Origin: Utricularia gibba
Taxonomy: Eukaryota > Plantae > Magnoliophyta
Assembly (NCBI GenBank): GCA_002189035.1
Contig: NEEC01000008.1
Location: forward strand, 3,224,001 to 3,288,000
Reading direction: 5' to 3'
DNA length: 64,000 bases
Part shown: positions 1 to 11,970 of the stretch, piece after piece
Position numbering within the stretch: position 1 is the first letter of the stretch
Layout: each line of letters begins with the position of its first letter
Notes under the pieces: model-generated
The model's database searches: none
What the model was told of the DNA's origin: nothing
What the model saw: only the letters and a program-made list of their open reading frames with translations
Program-made: the position numbers and the translations under genes

Positions 1-2054
1 AATATAATTACATTTCATTATATTGAAAAATTGTCATTGAAAAATAATAATCGACCAAAGGTACAAGACAAAAGTACGCTTTGATGGACGTGAGAAGATA
101 ATGTGGGGCACACAATGCAAATTTGAAAAATATTGAAACCCAATACTAATTTTTTAAAATAAAAAAAATCTACATATTAAATTATTATTTCTAGCCCAAA
201 TAAAAACAAAATGGGCATGGATTGTGAGTTTCCCCATGGGCCTCTTCATACCCTTCTAATTAAATAATCATAAGCTATACATGATAAGATTTACCTGTGT
301 TATTTTTTAAAAAATATACCTTATATATCATAAAAAAATTAAGGTTTTCTTATGGTTATGTATTTTCAAAATGATTTTTTGGAAAATGGGAATGTGAATT
401 AAATTGAATTTATGTTATGTAAGTTTAAAAATAAATTGAAAAATGAGAAATATGTCCTATTATTTTTATTTTATAATCATTTATGAATGACATTATATAT
501 AATACATTTCACCTCCAATCTATTGGAACCCTAGAAATAAAAAGTTGAAAAAGAAATTTAAAGAAATGGCTTAAAATAGAGAACAAAACACAAGTTATAA
601 TTCGAATAAGAGTGAAAAAAATATTTTATTTTGAATTTATTTGTTATTTTGTTAATGGAAAATTTTAAAAATAAGAATGTGAGTGGAACATAGGGGTATT
701 CTTATCTTCTAGAATTGAAGACTTTGCAAGAGCAAGGTTGGGTGGCTATGTGGAGGGTGTACATATTGAGTACAAACCCAAAATTCTTTGATCGCACAAG
801 ATACTACAGTGGTTGCTACCCAGCTACTCCTCTACCACTCTACTGGTGTTGAGTGTTGTCTGTGCCCAGTGAAGTGGTTCAAATCCATGGTGAAAGTAGC
901 GAGCAGGAGTGGCACCACACAAGCAACCTGCCTGCCCATTTGTCAGTCTTAGCTCAATTAATGCTTCAGCGAGCTATCTGTGATTCTTTTGATCTGTCTT
1001 GCGACCTGCGAACAACAAGCGGGTGCATGAGTTTCTGCAACTGTGCTACTGGGTGATGAATCAGATTCCCTTTTGATTCATCTGATCTCAGAACAGTAGC
1101 ATAAGTTCGAATCAGATTCCCATCTTAAGTCAGGCGCATTAGACTGAATCAGACCAAATTTGTTCTTGTAAAAGTTTGAAAAAATGTGGGAGAAGACGTG
1201 ATGGCCTCCCAACCCGCCATTTCTGTTCTCCCCGAGCTCGTGACAATCACAATCTCAGTTCATGGTTCCTCGACGCCATTGTAGCCAACACTAAAGTGAA
1301 GAAAGCAGCATTTTTTAATTACACTTTCCCCAAAAGAATAGGTTGCCATTTTCTTATTTAAAAGCGGGAAGATCCATCTGTATCTGACTCTCTGTGCTAC
1401 TTGTTTGGGCTTCATGGTGAAGGGATGCCAAGTGTTGTTGCAGAAAGGGTTAGTTTCTAAATAAGTGACACTATATAGTGATATCTGGTTTTCTCAAGGA
1501 GCAAAATATTGACTTCTGGTGCCATCAATTCACTCAGTGGCGTAATTGACCAAAAGTCTAGCCCCTGGTTAAAGAAGCCCCCAATTATTCACTTTGCTCA
1601 GAGGTAGAGAGTCAAGTGTTGTTTATTTTTAGGGTACCAACTTGCTCCAATACTGCGTATCAAACTTGACCATCCAAACCATCTTCGCTTCCATCCCTCC
1701 ATTTAGTCTTCACCATTCATAAAACTGCACCGAATTTCGATGGTATCGAGTTTTCCGTCGATTTGCAAAATTGGGGTTTTCTTGTTCTTTCGACACAATC
1801 GATTCCAAATCTGAAAAACGAGTAAGAATAGAACGTTCTCGGATTAGGATTTAGGGTTTTTCGATCAATGAAATGGTTTGAGTGGATATATTGTCATTGG
1901 ATTGAACACAATTGGAGAGTTTTTTTTTAAATAATAATTTTTATTTTTCAGAAAAGGCATTTTTTTAAGAGGTTTTAAGACATTCAGTAGTCAAAGATAG
2001 AATCCTACTCTACAAGGTACAATTACAACGTCCTGTCATATTATTCCAATGTGG

Positions 2055-2160
2055 TGACGTCATGTGTCGTCGGTCCCCCCATGCAATAGCAGGAATATTG
2101 TACGGTCTGGTTGGTCGAGACTAAGACTAATGGCGCATGGACGAAAGCCATCTATATATA
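2055..2160 (+). promoter_or_regulatory. Putative PP2-A promoter: palindromic TGACGTCA (bZIP C-box/as-1-like) and TATA-like CTATATATA
   Basis: TGACGTCA at 2055-2062; TATATATA at about 2153-2160, about 90 bp upstream of ATG 2249. Confidence 0.4.
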
Positions 2161-2248
2161 CACCTCGTCGGAAAGCTGTGCATTTGCCCACTTCCATGTC
2201 GTGTAATCGGGGATAGAGAGTGAAGGTCGGAACCACGGGAACGAGAGG

Positions 2249-3361
2249 ATGGGGATGGGGAAGCAGTCACTGTTTTCATTTCTGGCTCCCAGAGCAAGGA
2301 GGCACGACCCGATCGTGGCGGCGTCTTCGTCGATGAGGACGGAGACCGGGCTGGGGGATCTTCCGGAGAGTTGCATGGCGGCGGTGATGATGCACTTGGA
2401 TCCGCCGCAAGTGTGCCGGCTTGCGATGGTCAATAGGGTGTTTAGGAGCGCATCCGATGCCGATTTCGTCTGGGAATCCAAGCTTCCGATGAACTATGGA
2501 GATGTTATAGATAGGGTGTTTAAGGAGGAGGAGTTTGTGTGGAAAGGATCATGCAAGAGGGATATCTATTCCAAGCTCTGCACGCCTAAATTCTTCGATG
2601 ATGGAACCAAGGTTAGTTACCATGGGAAAAATCGTGTTCTGACATTCAACTGAGTGTTTCCTCTCCGGCGTTGCTGAGAATTTTTTTGGTAATGATTCTG
2701 CAGAAAGTTTGGTTAGATAAGAGCTCGGGCAAGACTTGCATGCTCGTATCATCGAATGGTTTGTCGATCACCGGAATCGAAGATCGCAGATATTGGTCAC
2801 GCATTCCCACCGATGAATCGATGTAAGATTTCTTAGAATGAGCATGTATCGAGCTGGGTTTGTAATAACGAGGAGAAAGTACTGAACTTTCAACATGTTT
2901 TCAGGTTTTCAAGTGTCGCATATCTTCGACAAATATGGTGGTTTGAGGTGGACGGGGAGATAGACTTCCCTTTCCCGCCTGGATCCTACAGCCTCTTCTT
3001 CAGAATACAGCTGGGAAGATCTCACCGGAGACGCTTCGGCGGGCGCAGTTGCAAATCGGAACATGTCCACGGCTGGGACAAAAAGCCGGTCATATTCCAG
3101 GTCTCCACACAAGAGGGACACACAACAACAAAACAATGCTACTTGAAGGAGGAGCCGGGGAAGTGGATTCACTGCCACGCCGGCGACTTCTCCGTCACGA
3201 ATTCGTCTTCCGGGTCGACGAAGATCAAGTTCTCGATGACGCAGACCGACTGCACGCACACGAAAGGCGGCCTGTGTGTAGATTCAGTAGTGATTTATCC
3301 CGTTGAGAGTAGGGAAATGCTGGAGTGTTCCTCAGTGAACCCAGCAACTCGTAGAAGGTAG
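2249..3361 (+). CDS. F-box/phloem protein 2-like A (PP2-A12/A13-like), 3 exons, about 312 aa
   Basis: Exons 2249-2611, 2704-2822, 2905-3361 join in frame via GT-AG introns. F-box LGDLPESCMAAVMMHLDPPQVCRLAMVNRVFRSASDADFVW; PP2 motifs ITGIEDRRYW, VAYLRQIWWFEV, HVHGWDKKPV, DCTHTKGGLCVDSV. Confidence 0.92.
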
Positions 3362-5955
3362 ATTCAGGATTCATGGAAATCCTTTTTTCCTGGTAATATG
3401 TAACATCAGTAGTTGAAGCTCCTGCCTGGAGACAGAACTAGGAACAAAGAGTGGGGAAGACATCCCAAGGCAGAGAAGCACCTTACTGTGTATGAAAGTT
3501 AGAAGGATACTGGAATGAAAGCTAACCCTTTTCCATGGGCCCTTCTCTATTCTCTATTTTTGGGCTTGAATGATTAATGAGTTAATCCAGCACCCGGCCC
3601 AATTTGACAAAATAAATTTACTTTTTTTCCCTGAATATCCTTAATCATAGAAATATGGTCTTAATTTAATTGATAGTGGATAAAAAACCTCACAAATCCA
3701 TGCAAAATGGGCATGTAATGGAATCATAGAATTCTGTCTTGTCATGAAAAAGACTAGTGGATCATATTATTGTACCTCTTCTATTCTCCAATTGCTTTGT
3801 TTTCTTTTTTTTTTTTTAAAAAGAAGGAAATTGTATTTATTATGAGAGAAATTGATTCGGGAACTCCAGGCAAAAAAAAAAAAAAACATAACAGGACAGA
3901 AGAGTGGCCAGGCAACCGCCACCATGGAAATCTGCATTGTACGGACATATAACTTGATGGTTTGCCTCTTTCTAAATAAATGTTATAAAAGTAACATAAA
4001 TTTAAAATACATATTATTATTTTTAATAAGTTATAAAAAATTTAATTCTTATTTTAATAGTATTAATTCTAATAGATATAAATACGATGAATAAATATTT
4101 TTGAAGTATTAATTTAATATGAATGGATAATTAATTCATTACATACTAAAATAACGTATGTAACATAAGCGGATGGTGAGTACTTGTAAAATACATGTAT
4201 TTGCAAATTTATTTACGAAATGACTGTAATAAAAATACCGTCATGTATGAATTTCAACAAGCTTGCTGCGTTCCTGATCTCCACTACTTTCGATTTTTTC
4301 TTATTTTCTTTAATAATAATAAATATGGAGACATGTGTTGAACAGCGGTGCATGGATTCTAAGGCAATGGGAGCTGTCCAAATAGGCGGGCGTCAAACCC
4401 GGAGGTCTTTTGGATGATGTCGGGTAGTTGGGGAGGACCAATAATTCAGCTTCTATAAAATCAAGTTTTTAAATCCGAATCCAACCCATCATCTTATTAA
4501 AAACTATATTAAAATTAATCATCGTGTATTTATTTATGTATTAAGATTAATTTTTTTATATATACCATAATTAATTTTCTCTGGTTAATTTTCGAATATA
4601 TTCGTATATTTATAGAGAAATGTTAATATGAACACGTCATTATTTAAATTATATTAATATGAAGATGTTATTTTGATTTGATGTGATAGTGACATGTGTA
4701 CTAACGAGACGACTCATTCACCTCATGATATCATAGTTTTACATGCATACACCTAGGATATATAAATTATGATGATGGGTAGGAATCAATGTTTTGAAAA
4801 CTGTAACGGTCGTTTTAAATTATATATTCATTTATAATAATTTTTTAATTAAATTTAAATAAAATCACAATTTGATTCAACATTAGTTGAAATATAATTA
4901 GATTGTAAACGGTATAAATTTTATTTTTGTTATAAAATATATTTTTTAAAATTAACGTTTAAACCTTTTATATAATTGATTTACGGTTTTTTACAATTTA
5001 AAACGTAATTAAGAATTTAATCTATCACTCTATTATGTGTTATTCCCTAACAGAAAAAAAATAAAAATTCACACCCCCATACCCCCACCCCCGTTCAACA
5101 ACACCTATGATGAAATAAATGCCCTAATCGGGAAAAAAATTATTGTTTAAATGAAGTGTGATTTGACTGTTTCACCCCCTATATTTTTGTCGGGGAGTCC
5201 ATTTAGCCCCTACTTTTGCATCATATTTATTTTCAACTCACCCCTACCGGAGCATCGCATCTCCCAGACTGTCAGCATTAACGACACCCCTCTCGAAAGG
5301 GGGGAGATTTTCGCCAACCTTATTGCATCATGACCCTATCAAAACCCAGAAATTAGATCCCCGCCCCGTCCGTACAGCTCCAACACCCACTGTCTCCCCC
5401 TCCCCACACTTGTCAAAAATACAACATCCACCCCCCGTCCGTACACCTTTACCTATGTTACGCCACCCTTTCCCAAAGTGGTAGCATGCCTACCACGGTC
5501 CAACCCCTTTCCCCACTATGCCAAGTAGTACGTCCATTCTATATCATAGTGAAATTAGGATCGAACACGAAACTCGGATTTTCGATGCTTCGTTACGAAA
5601 CCGTATATCCTCCCGATCGGTCAAGATTGGATGGAATCTTGGTCTTGCTTACCCTAATCAAATTTCTTACTTGTTGGGGGTGGTCCTCTATGCCTTTGAG
5701 GACATTGGTGGGGTGGGGGCATTCGCAAGTTGCTTTAATTGGAATAAGACAATGACCGATCGGGAAATAATAAATCGGGAAAAAAAAATAGGGTTATGAA
5801 TTGACTTTCAAATCCCACCAATCACCGTTGGCTCCCCATTGCATATTCCAATTCTCTTTCTTCCTCCTCTTCCTACAACTTTCCATAGCTCTCCTCCCTC
5901 TTCAGCTCAAACCCCGGGTGCGTGAATGAATCTCTGTTGAAGAAGGATCGGCATC

Positions 5956-6612
5956 TAGGGTTTTTTTGACTCTTTCAGATCTGAAAATGGTGAGGGGGAA
6001 GACCCAGATCAAGAGAATAGAGAACGCCACTAGTAGGCAAGTGACCTTTTCAAAGCGACGAGGTGGGCTTCTGAAGAAGGCTCATGAGCTCTCCGTTTTG
6101 TGTGATGCAGAAGTTGCTCTGATTGTTTTCTCCTCCAAGGGGAGACTCTACGAGTTTTGCAGTTCCGGGTACGTTTCTATGAAGCTCAAAAGGTTATTCC
6201 TTTTTTGGGTGATTAGGATGTTGCCTACATTTTTTAATATTTTTTTTATTTGTAGGAAATGTTGGTTTTTTGTGGCTGTTAATTTTATTACTGAGGAAGA
6301 GAAAGACACGTTTTTGTCTATTGATTTCTCTTCTCTTCCTTTTTTTTTTCCAAGAATGTGGTTTTTTTTGTCCCGATATGTAGTAGTTGGGTTGTCATGA
6401 AGAGTTTTTTGAATACAGGAGTTGGGGGTTTGGTGATTAAGTTTGAAATTGGAAAAATTTGCTTCTATTTTTGTTGAAAAAAATTTCTATAAATGGAATG
6501 TAAGAAAACCCTCAAAATTTTAAAATGGAAAATGAGATAATAATAAAGTAAATGTTCACATTATCCAGATACATTGAAGCTCTTAGGTTTTGGAATTTGG
6601 GATTTAGGGTTT
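5956..6612 (+). promoter_or_regulatory. Teloboxes and CArG box in the MADS 5' leader and intron 1
   Basis: TAGGGTTT at 5956-5963 and 6605-6612; CC(A/T)6GG = CCTTTTTTGG at 6199-6208. Confidence 0.4.
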
Positions 6613-7983
6613 GGGTCATATGGTGTTCAAGGTTAAGGATTGATGTAGGAGAGACTCCTACAGATCTGTTTTCAAAATTCATTGTTTCACTTGCCATGTG
6701 AAAACTTCTGAAATGGACATAAACAGCATCATGCTTCACTGTGCAGTGTGATTGATAGCACTATAGAGAGGTACATGAAGACTTCCAAGAATTCAGAAGC
6801 ATCAAAAAGTGAAGGGACTGCACAGGTTAGGAATACATCTGATGTCTCCTTCATCTTCATGCTTTCACCTGTTTTTGAAGGATCGAGTTTCTACTGTAAT
6901 TTGCACACTCTTGGTGTCCTCAAGCCGAACATCTGTGTGGTCTCAGACACTTAGCAATGTGGCTATTTTACTTTAAACTTGAGAAACTTTGTTTTATGAG
7001 GGGGGTGAGAAACTTGTGAATTTGTTTGTTGGTATCTGCTTAGGACGAAATATTAGCAGCTTCTCTTGCGACGAACCTTTGGAGTGTGTAATAATCATTT
7101 CCGGGCTGAACTTATGATGAACACATTGATGTCTGCTTTGCTGCTGGATTGCGTCTAGGGCTTAAGTCTACTGAGTTCTTACAACTAAGCTTTCCACTGT
7201 CTGATTCTGAAACATTCTACTCAAGCTAATAGTCATTCTTTTAGGAGCCCCCAGTTAGGAAATTCCTGTTCTTTCATTCATTATTGATTACAATTCTATG
7301 CTAGAAGAACTTAGATCTTGCTGCAGGTATCCGAAGCTGAGCCAATCGACTTGAACAAGAAGCTCGTATTCCTTGATGATTCCAGGAGGTTGATCAATAA
7401 GCTGAACTCCATGTGTTTAACTCAAACATGTACATATTGTTAACTGATGTATGTTGCAGAAAGCTGATGGGAGAAAGTTTAGATTCTTGTACAGTTGAAG
7501 AGTTGGAAGCATTGGAGCAGCAGTTAGAGCAGAGTTTAAGCAAACTCAAGTGTAGAAAGGTAACATAAAGATCTCAAGAGTATCCATAACCAGCATTGAG
7601 ATCCATCTGGTCTCATCTTTTCTTCTCAGGGTGTACTTCGTAAGGAGGAGATTGAACGACTTAGGGAAAAGGTGCGTTGTTACCATTACCAATAAACCAT
7701 GTACAGACAGAGGGATCAAACACAGTGATAACTTGGACATTGATCTGTGCAGGAAAGGAACCTGTCTAAAGAGAACACTGAGTTAAGAAAAAAGGCAAGT
7801 AAACTCTGCTTTTCTATGCGGATAATCATGGGAAGTTTTCACGCTTAATGTTGAACACTTGTGTAGTATGCAACGGTTCCATCCCTGTCTCCCACCAAAC
7901 ATCCTTCCACGGCAAAGGGAGATATGGACGTCGAAACGGCACTGGCTATAGGACTGCTGGATTCCCGTATAGGTATAAGCTGA
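5987..7983 (+). CDS. MIKC-type MADS-box transcription factor, SOC1/TM3 clade (AGL14/AGL19-like by position)
   Basis: Exons 5987-6168 (182 nt, [25 protein letters not shown]), 6747-6825 (79), 7327-7388 (62), 7460-7559 (100), 7630-7671 (42), 7753-7794 (42), 7867-7983 have typical MIKC exon sizes. C-terminal SOC1-like motif [10 protein letters not shown]. Intron 6 has a GC donor. Confidence 0.93.
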
Positions 7984-8388
7984 CAGGAGGGGAAAGGTAG
8001 CAGAGAAACTCTGGAAAGAACGAGGGTCTGGTGATTCATTTGGGGCACAAGCTTGGTCTTCTCCACAATAGTGAAATAAGATTGTACAGTTGCTTTGGAT
8101 TCTTTGCTTCATCATCCATCGGAACTACAAACAGAACATCACTCTCCGATGAATAATGTCCTTGTCTGACTCTCAAGTTGTAATAGGGACCTGGGCTGCT
8201 AGCGCAAATTGCTGTGTACACAACATTTGGAATCTTCATATCATTGTTTGGTTTATACATATCTTTCAGAATGGCAAAAAATGAAGTTCCTTGTAACCAT
8301 GCGTCCTTACACGAGATCAGAAGCTTTGATCCCCAAGTTACATAAAAGCATACATGTTTTTGGCCAAGAGGCAAATGGGGCTGACCGA

Positions 8389-11243
8389 TCAACGTATCTG
8401 GCTTCTCCCAAGAGATGAAGCTCCGATGTCACTTTCTGTGTTCTGCAGTTAAAAAAAGAAAAGTTGAACCCCTTGCTTCAAAATCAACTGGTGATCGTGC
8501 AGCATGTGAAAAGAGTGCGATTGTTCATGAAATTTGCGAAAACCATTGTCAGTTTTTCACAAACAATGGACTTTTTGTTGTTTCAAATGGGATGATAGGA
8601 GTTCAATGTCCCAAGGGATGATGAAAGTTGAGTACTTGCCTGAGACTTCGGAGAAGGGAAGACGTTCCAAAATCGAAGAGTTTCGTCCCCAGCTCCAGTT
8701 ACGATTGTCTGAAAAACGAGATATGTGAGCTTACAAAAAGAAAAACCAGATAGAAGAAAATAAGTCACTGCTGCTGATGAACTGAACCTGCCCATCAGGT
8801 GAAACGGCAAGGTAAAGTACACGGAATGTGTGGGCTGTTAAAGTAGCTAACTGCATTACCATGAAAAAGATCCAGTTAGAGAACCATGAAAACAGATAAC
8901 AAGAACCAAACAGATTGCGGTTTAAACCTTCGACATGGAGGGATATCTCCACAGGATAATTTGGTTCTGGGAGTAGCCATGGGTGCTCACAAGCTCATTG
9001 ACATTCTTGGACCACGCAAGATTGCAGACCTGAGATTATTGTATCTCGTACAATGTCATATGATAGATCGATGGCATGCACTATTCGGACATTCGAGGCA
9101 TATAGAAGAAAATCAAAACAAAAATTTGTTCATCTTCAGAGAACCATGTCTCTTAGGCATGACACTCCAGCCCACAGAAAGGTAAGAACAGCTTCTGACC
9201 TGACTTCCAGTATCTACACAACTCAAGTGTGAATTGGTAGTTGTATTCCAAAATCGTATGCATCGATCAGCAGTGCCGCCTCCAGATGCAAGTAGTCCGT
9301 GGAGATGGGGAGACCATGAGATTGCTTTTACAGCAGCGGTGTGTTCACAGTATTTTAGGACTGGTCGAGTGGAATGTTGATTCCATACCAACAACTGGAA
9401 AAGAGGGTGTCCAAAGGTTACAATATACGGCATTCTGAACATTAGAACTGATGAATCTTAGAGCACTTTGTATCAAGGAGTTCAATAACATACTTTATTG
9501 TCGTTTCCACCAGATGCTAATTCTCTGTTATCACAAGACCACTTCAATCCACAGACCTGGACCAAAAAAGAACGATGATCATTACCAAAAAAAAAAAAAA
9601 TAGTGTAAATAAAAATGCATTGGATGGCAGTACCTCTGATTTGTGACCATTTAATTTGCTAACAAAGTCTTCATTAGCACCTATATCATGGTGCAGAATG
9701 CTTTTGTCACGACTTCCTGAAGATAGCAGAGATGAACTCCAGGCAAGGGCACCAATCCGCAAGCGATGCCCTTCCATAGTTCTAATCCTCTTACAGTGAG
9801 ATGCATCCCATAGCTGCAAGCAAAAACATTTCTTATCATGAGAATGCATAAGCAAAACACTGGCCAACGTAGGCATCTAGTAACAAATGGTTCTTGAATT
9901 CATGACGGAAATCCAAGCACACAGAGGGAAACATGAAAGGTAGGTATCATTTCTGAGAGAACCTACTATTTTTTAAGTATCTTTGCCCCACAGGAATTCA
10001 AGATATTGCCTTAGTGACCTTATATGTCACATTCAGGATAACAGTTCTCCAAACGAGATTGTGGAATTTCGAGTTTGCACATTGTCCCAATAAAACAATG
10101 GAAATGAATTAGAACGACTGATCACCCAAACCAAAATACATTGAAGCATCGAATGACAACATTCAAAACACTTAAGGAACTTCAGAAATGCAGAAAATAC
10201 CATCCCCAAGGATTCCATCACTGGCCTAGCAAACTTTTATTTTATCATATTCAGTACAGGATAAGGACTAAAAATTTGCAAGAACAGGCACGCATCACAT
10301 CATACCTGCAGTTTTCCGCTACTCGATCCAACAGCTAGATGAGTACCACGCTGAGACCAGGCCACTGAGCAGACCGAATCATCAGCTCCCAAATTACATA
10401 ACCTCACAACCTTTACGCAAAGATACCGCTGGTGAATTTCAAACCGAGAACCAGCTGCAAAAATATGAATGAAAAAGACTACATTTACCTTGCTGCTAGA
10501 AGCATGCCAGAGATAAACACAGTTACCCAACCCCACTGCGACTACATTATGTGATGACCAGTCCACAAGGTTAAGATAAAAGTCATCTTGCAAAGCAGGC
10601 GCATCCAAAACCTAGAGAATTTCACCAAATAGGGTAAACTGGGGACAAATGCCTTCAAACTCAACCCGCAGGAGATGAAGATGAAAACAACACAAAATCT
10701 GAATAAATACATATCAGAAACCTCATTTAGAATTCCACCAACCTTGTAAGGAGACCTTGGAACCTTTCTAGGAGTCGTAACAGCACTACGGCAGACAGGA
10801 ATCTGATCGTCATAGCCAAAGGGCGATAGAGAAGGCAAAGACTTCCGCTTTTCAGTCTTGAACCGGAAAATGTTACAATTTTGTGGACTTTCCCACCTCA
10901 AATTTCCCTCACTCCCTCTGCTAGTAAATCTCCCACCGGAAACAGGCTTATCCGGAGTAAACGGCTGAAACCCATTACCCCCAGCCACAAATTCAGGACC
11001 AAATAGGGCAGACTTCAACAGATTAGTGTAAGCAGAATGCGCATCATCCGACGACGAACTGGCATTTGAATTAGGGATATTGAAGAGGGCGAAGTTGGAA
11101 GAAGAGCGGCTGGGTATGAACCGATCACCGTAGATTATCCCCGCGGATGGAGAGGACCTTCGATAAGCGGAGTTAAGACTCTGCGGCGCCGGAGTCCTCG
11201 GGGGATCTATCGATGGCGCACTGGTGCTGGCTTCCTCCCCCAT
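8389..11243 (-). CDS. CCS52A: APC/C activator CCS52A / FIZZY-RELATED (Cdh1-type WD40)
   Basis: C-box DRFIPSR, CSM-like [16 protein letters not shown]|[21 protein letters not shown]40 exons ([41 protein letters not shown]); terminal exon 8442-8389 [17 protein letters not shown] gives the IR tail; last intron is GC-AG. Confidence 0.95.
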
Positions 11244-11294
11244 CCTAGCGCCCCCGAAATCGAGTGAGCTTTCCCGATTTCATGAAGCTCCGAG

Positions 11295-11361
11295 ATTTCC
11301 CGGGAAATAATAACGGAACGAGGAGAACTAGGAAGGGTAAAAGGACAAAATCTTCCGGGAA
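11295..11361. promoter_or_regulatory. E2F-type sites upstream of CCS52A
   Basis: Perfect palindrome ATTTCCCGGGAAAT at 11295-11308 (TTTCCCGG on both strands) and another TTTCCCGG on the minus strand at about 11353-11361. Confidence 0.5.
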
Positions 11362-11970
11362 AATTACAAATTATCGAAATCTTTTTTTCAGTTTATTAAT
11401 TTCTAACCATTTTTAATTTTGGAAATTGGTCAACATTCGAGTTTCCGTACCAAATAGTAAATAAATTGTGTTTATAATTTTGACCTCAGCTTATAATTAT
11501 GTATACAATTTTAAATATTACGTCAATTTGATTATTTTTTCCCAAAAATATAGACAAATATTAAATAATTCAACAAATTAAACCTAAACTTTTCCTCTCC
11601 CTTTTTCCTCAAATAATGTTAAAATGTTTCTTTTGATAGGATTTTAATAAATTTTATTTATTAATCAACTTTTTTAATAAAAAATGGTTTTTAGTTGTTT
11701 TTGTTTAAAGATGTTAGTATATTTTTGTTGTAGATAATATTAAAACTATTATTTTTATCTTGTAGTATAATATAAATATCATTTAATTTTTAGTTATAGA
11801 TAGATATATTCAATTATTATATTTGCAATAAAGTTTAAATGATTAAAAATAATTTTTAATAAAAAGCAGTATTTATTAAATAATTTGATATGAAATATTA
11901 CCAACTTGGTCAATATGTGTCAATGAATTCTTATCCTTTTCTTGTTTGAAGGTGTCGTGGGGTGTCTTCG

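Noticed and set aside
1104-1116. GTTCGAATC resembling a tRNA/Pol III B-box
   Set aside because: No properly spaced A-box, cloverleaf or T-run terminator
4326-4440. Small GC-rich island with a 30-codon ATG ORF in AT-rich DNA
   Set aside because: No signal peptide, motif or repeat partner; probably a TE-end relic or chance
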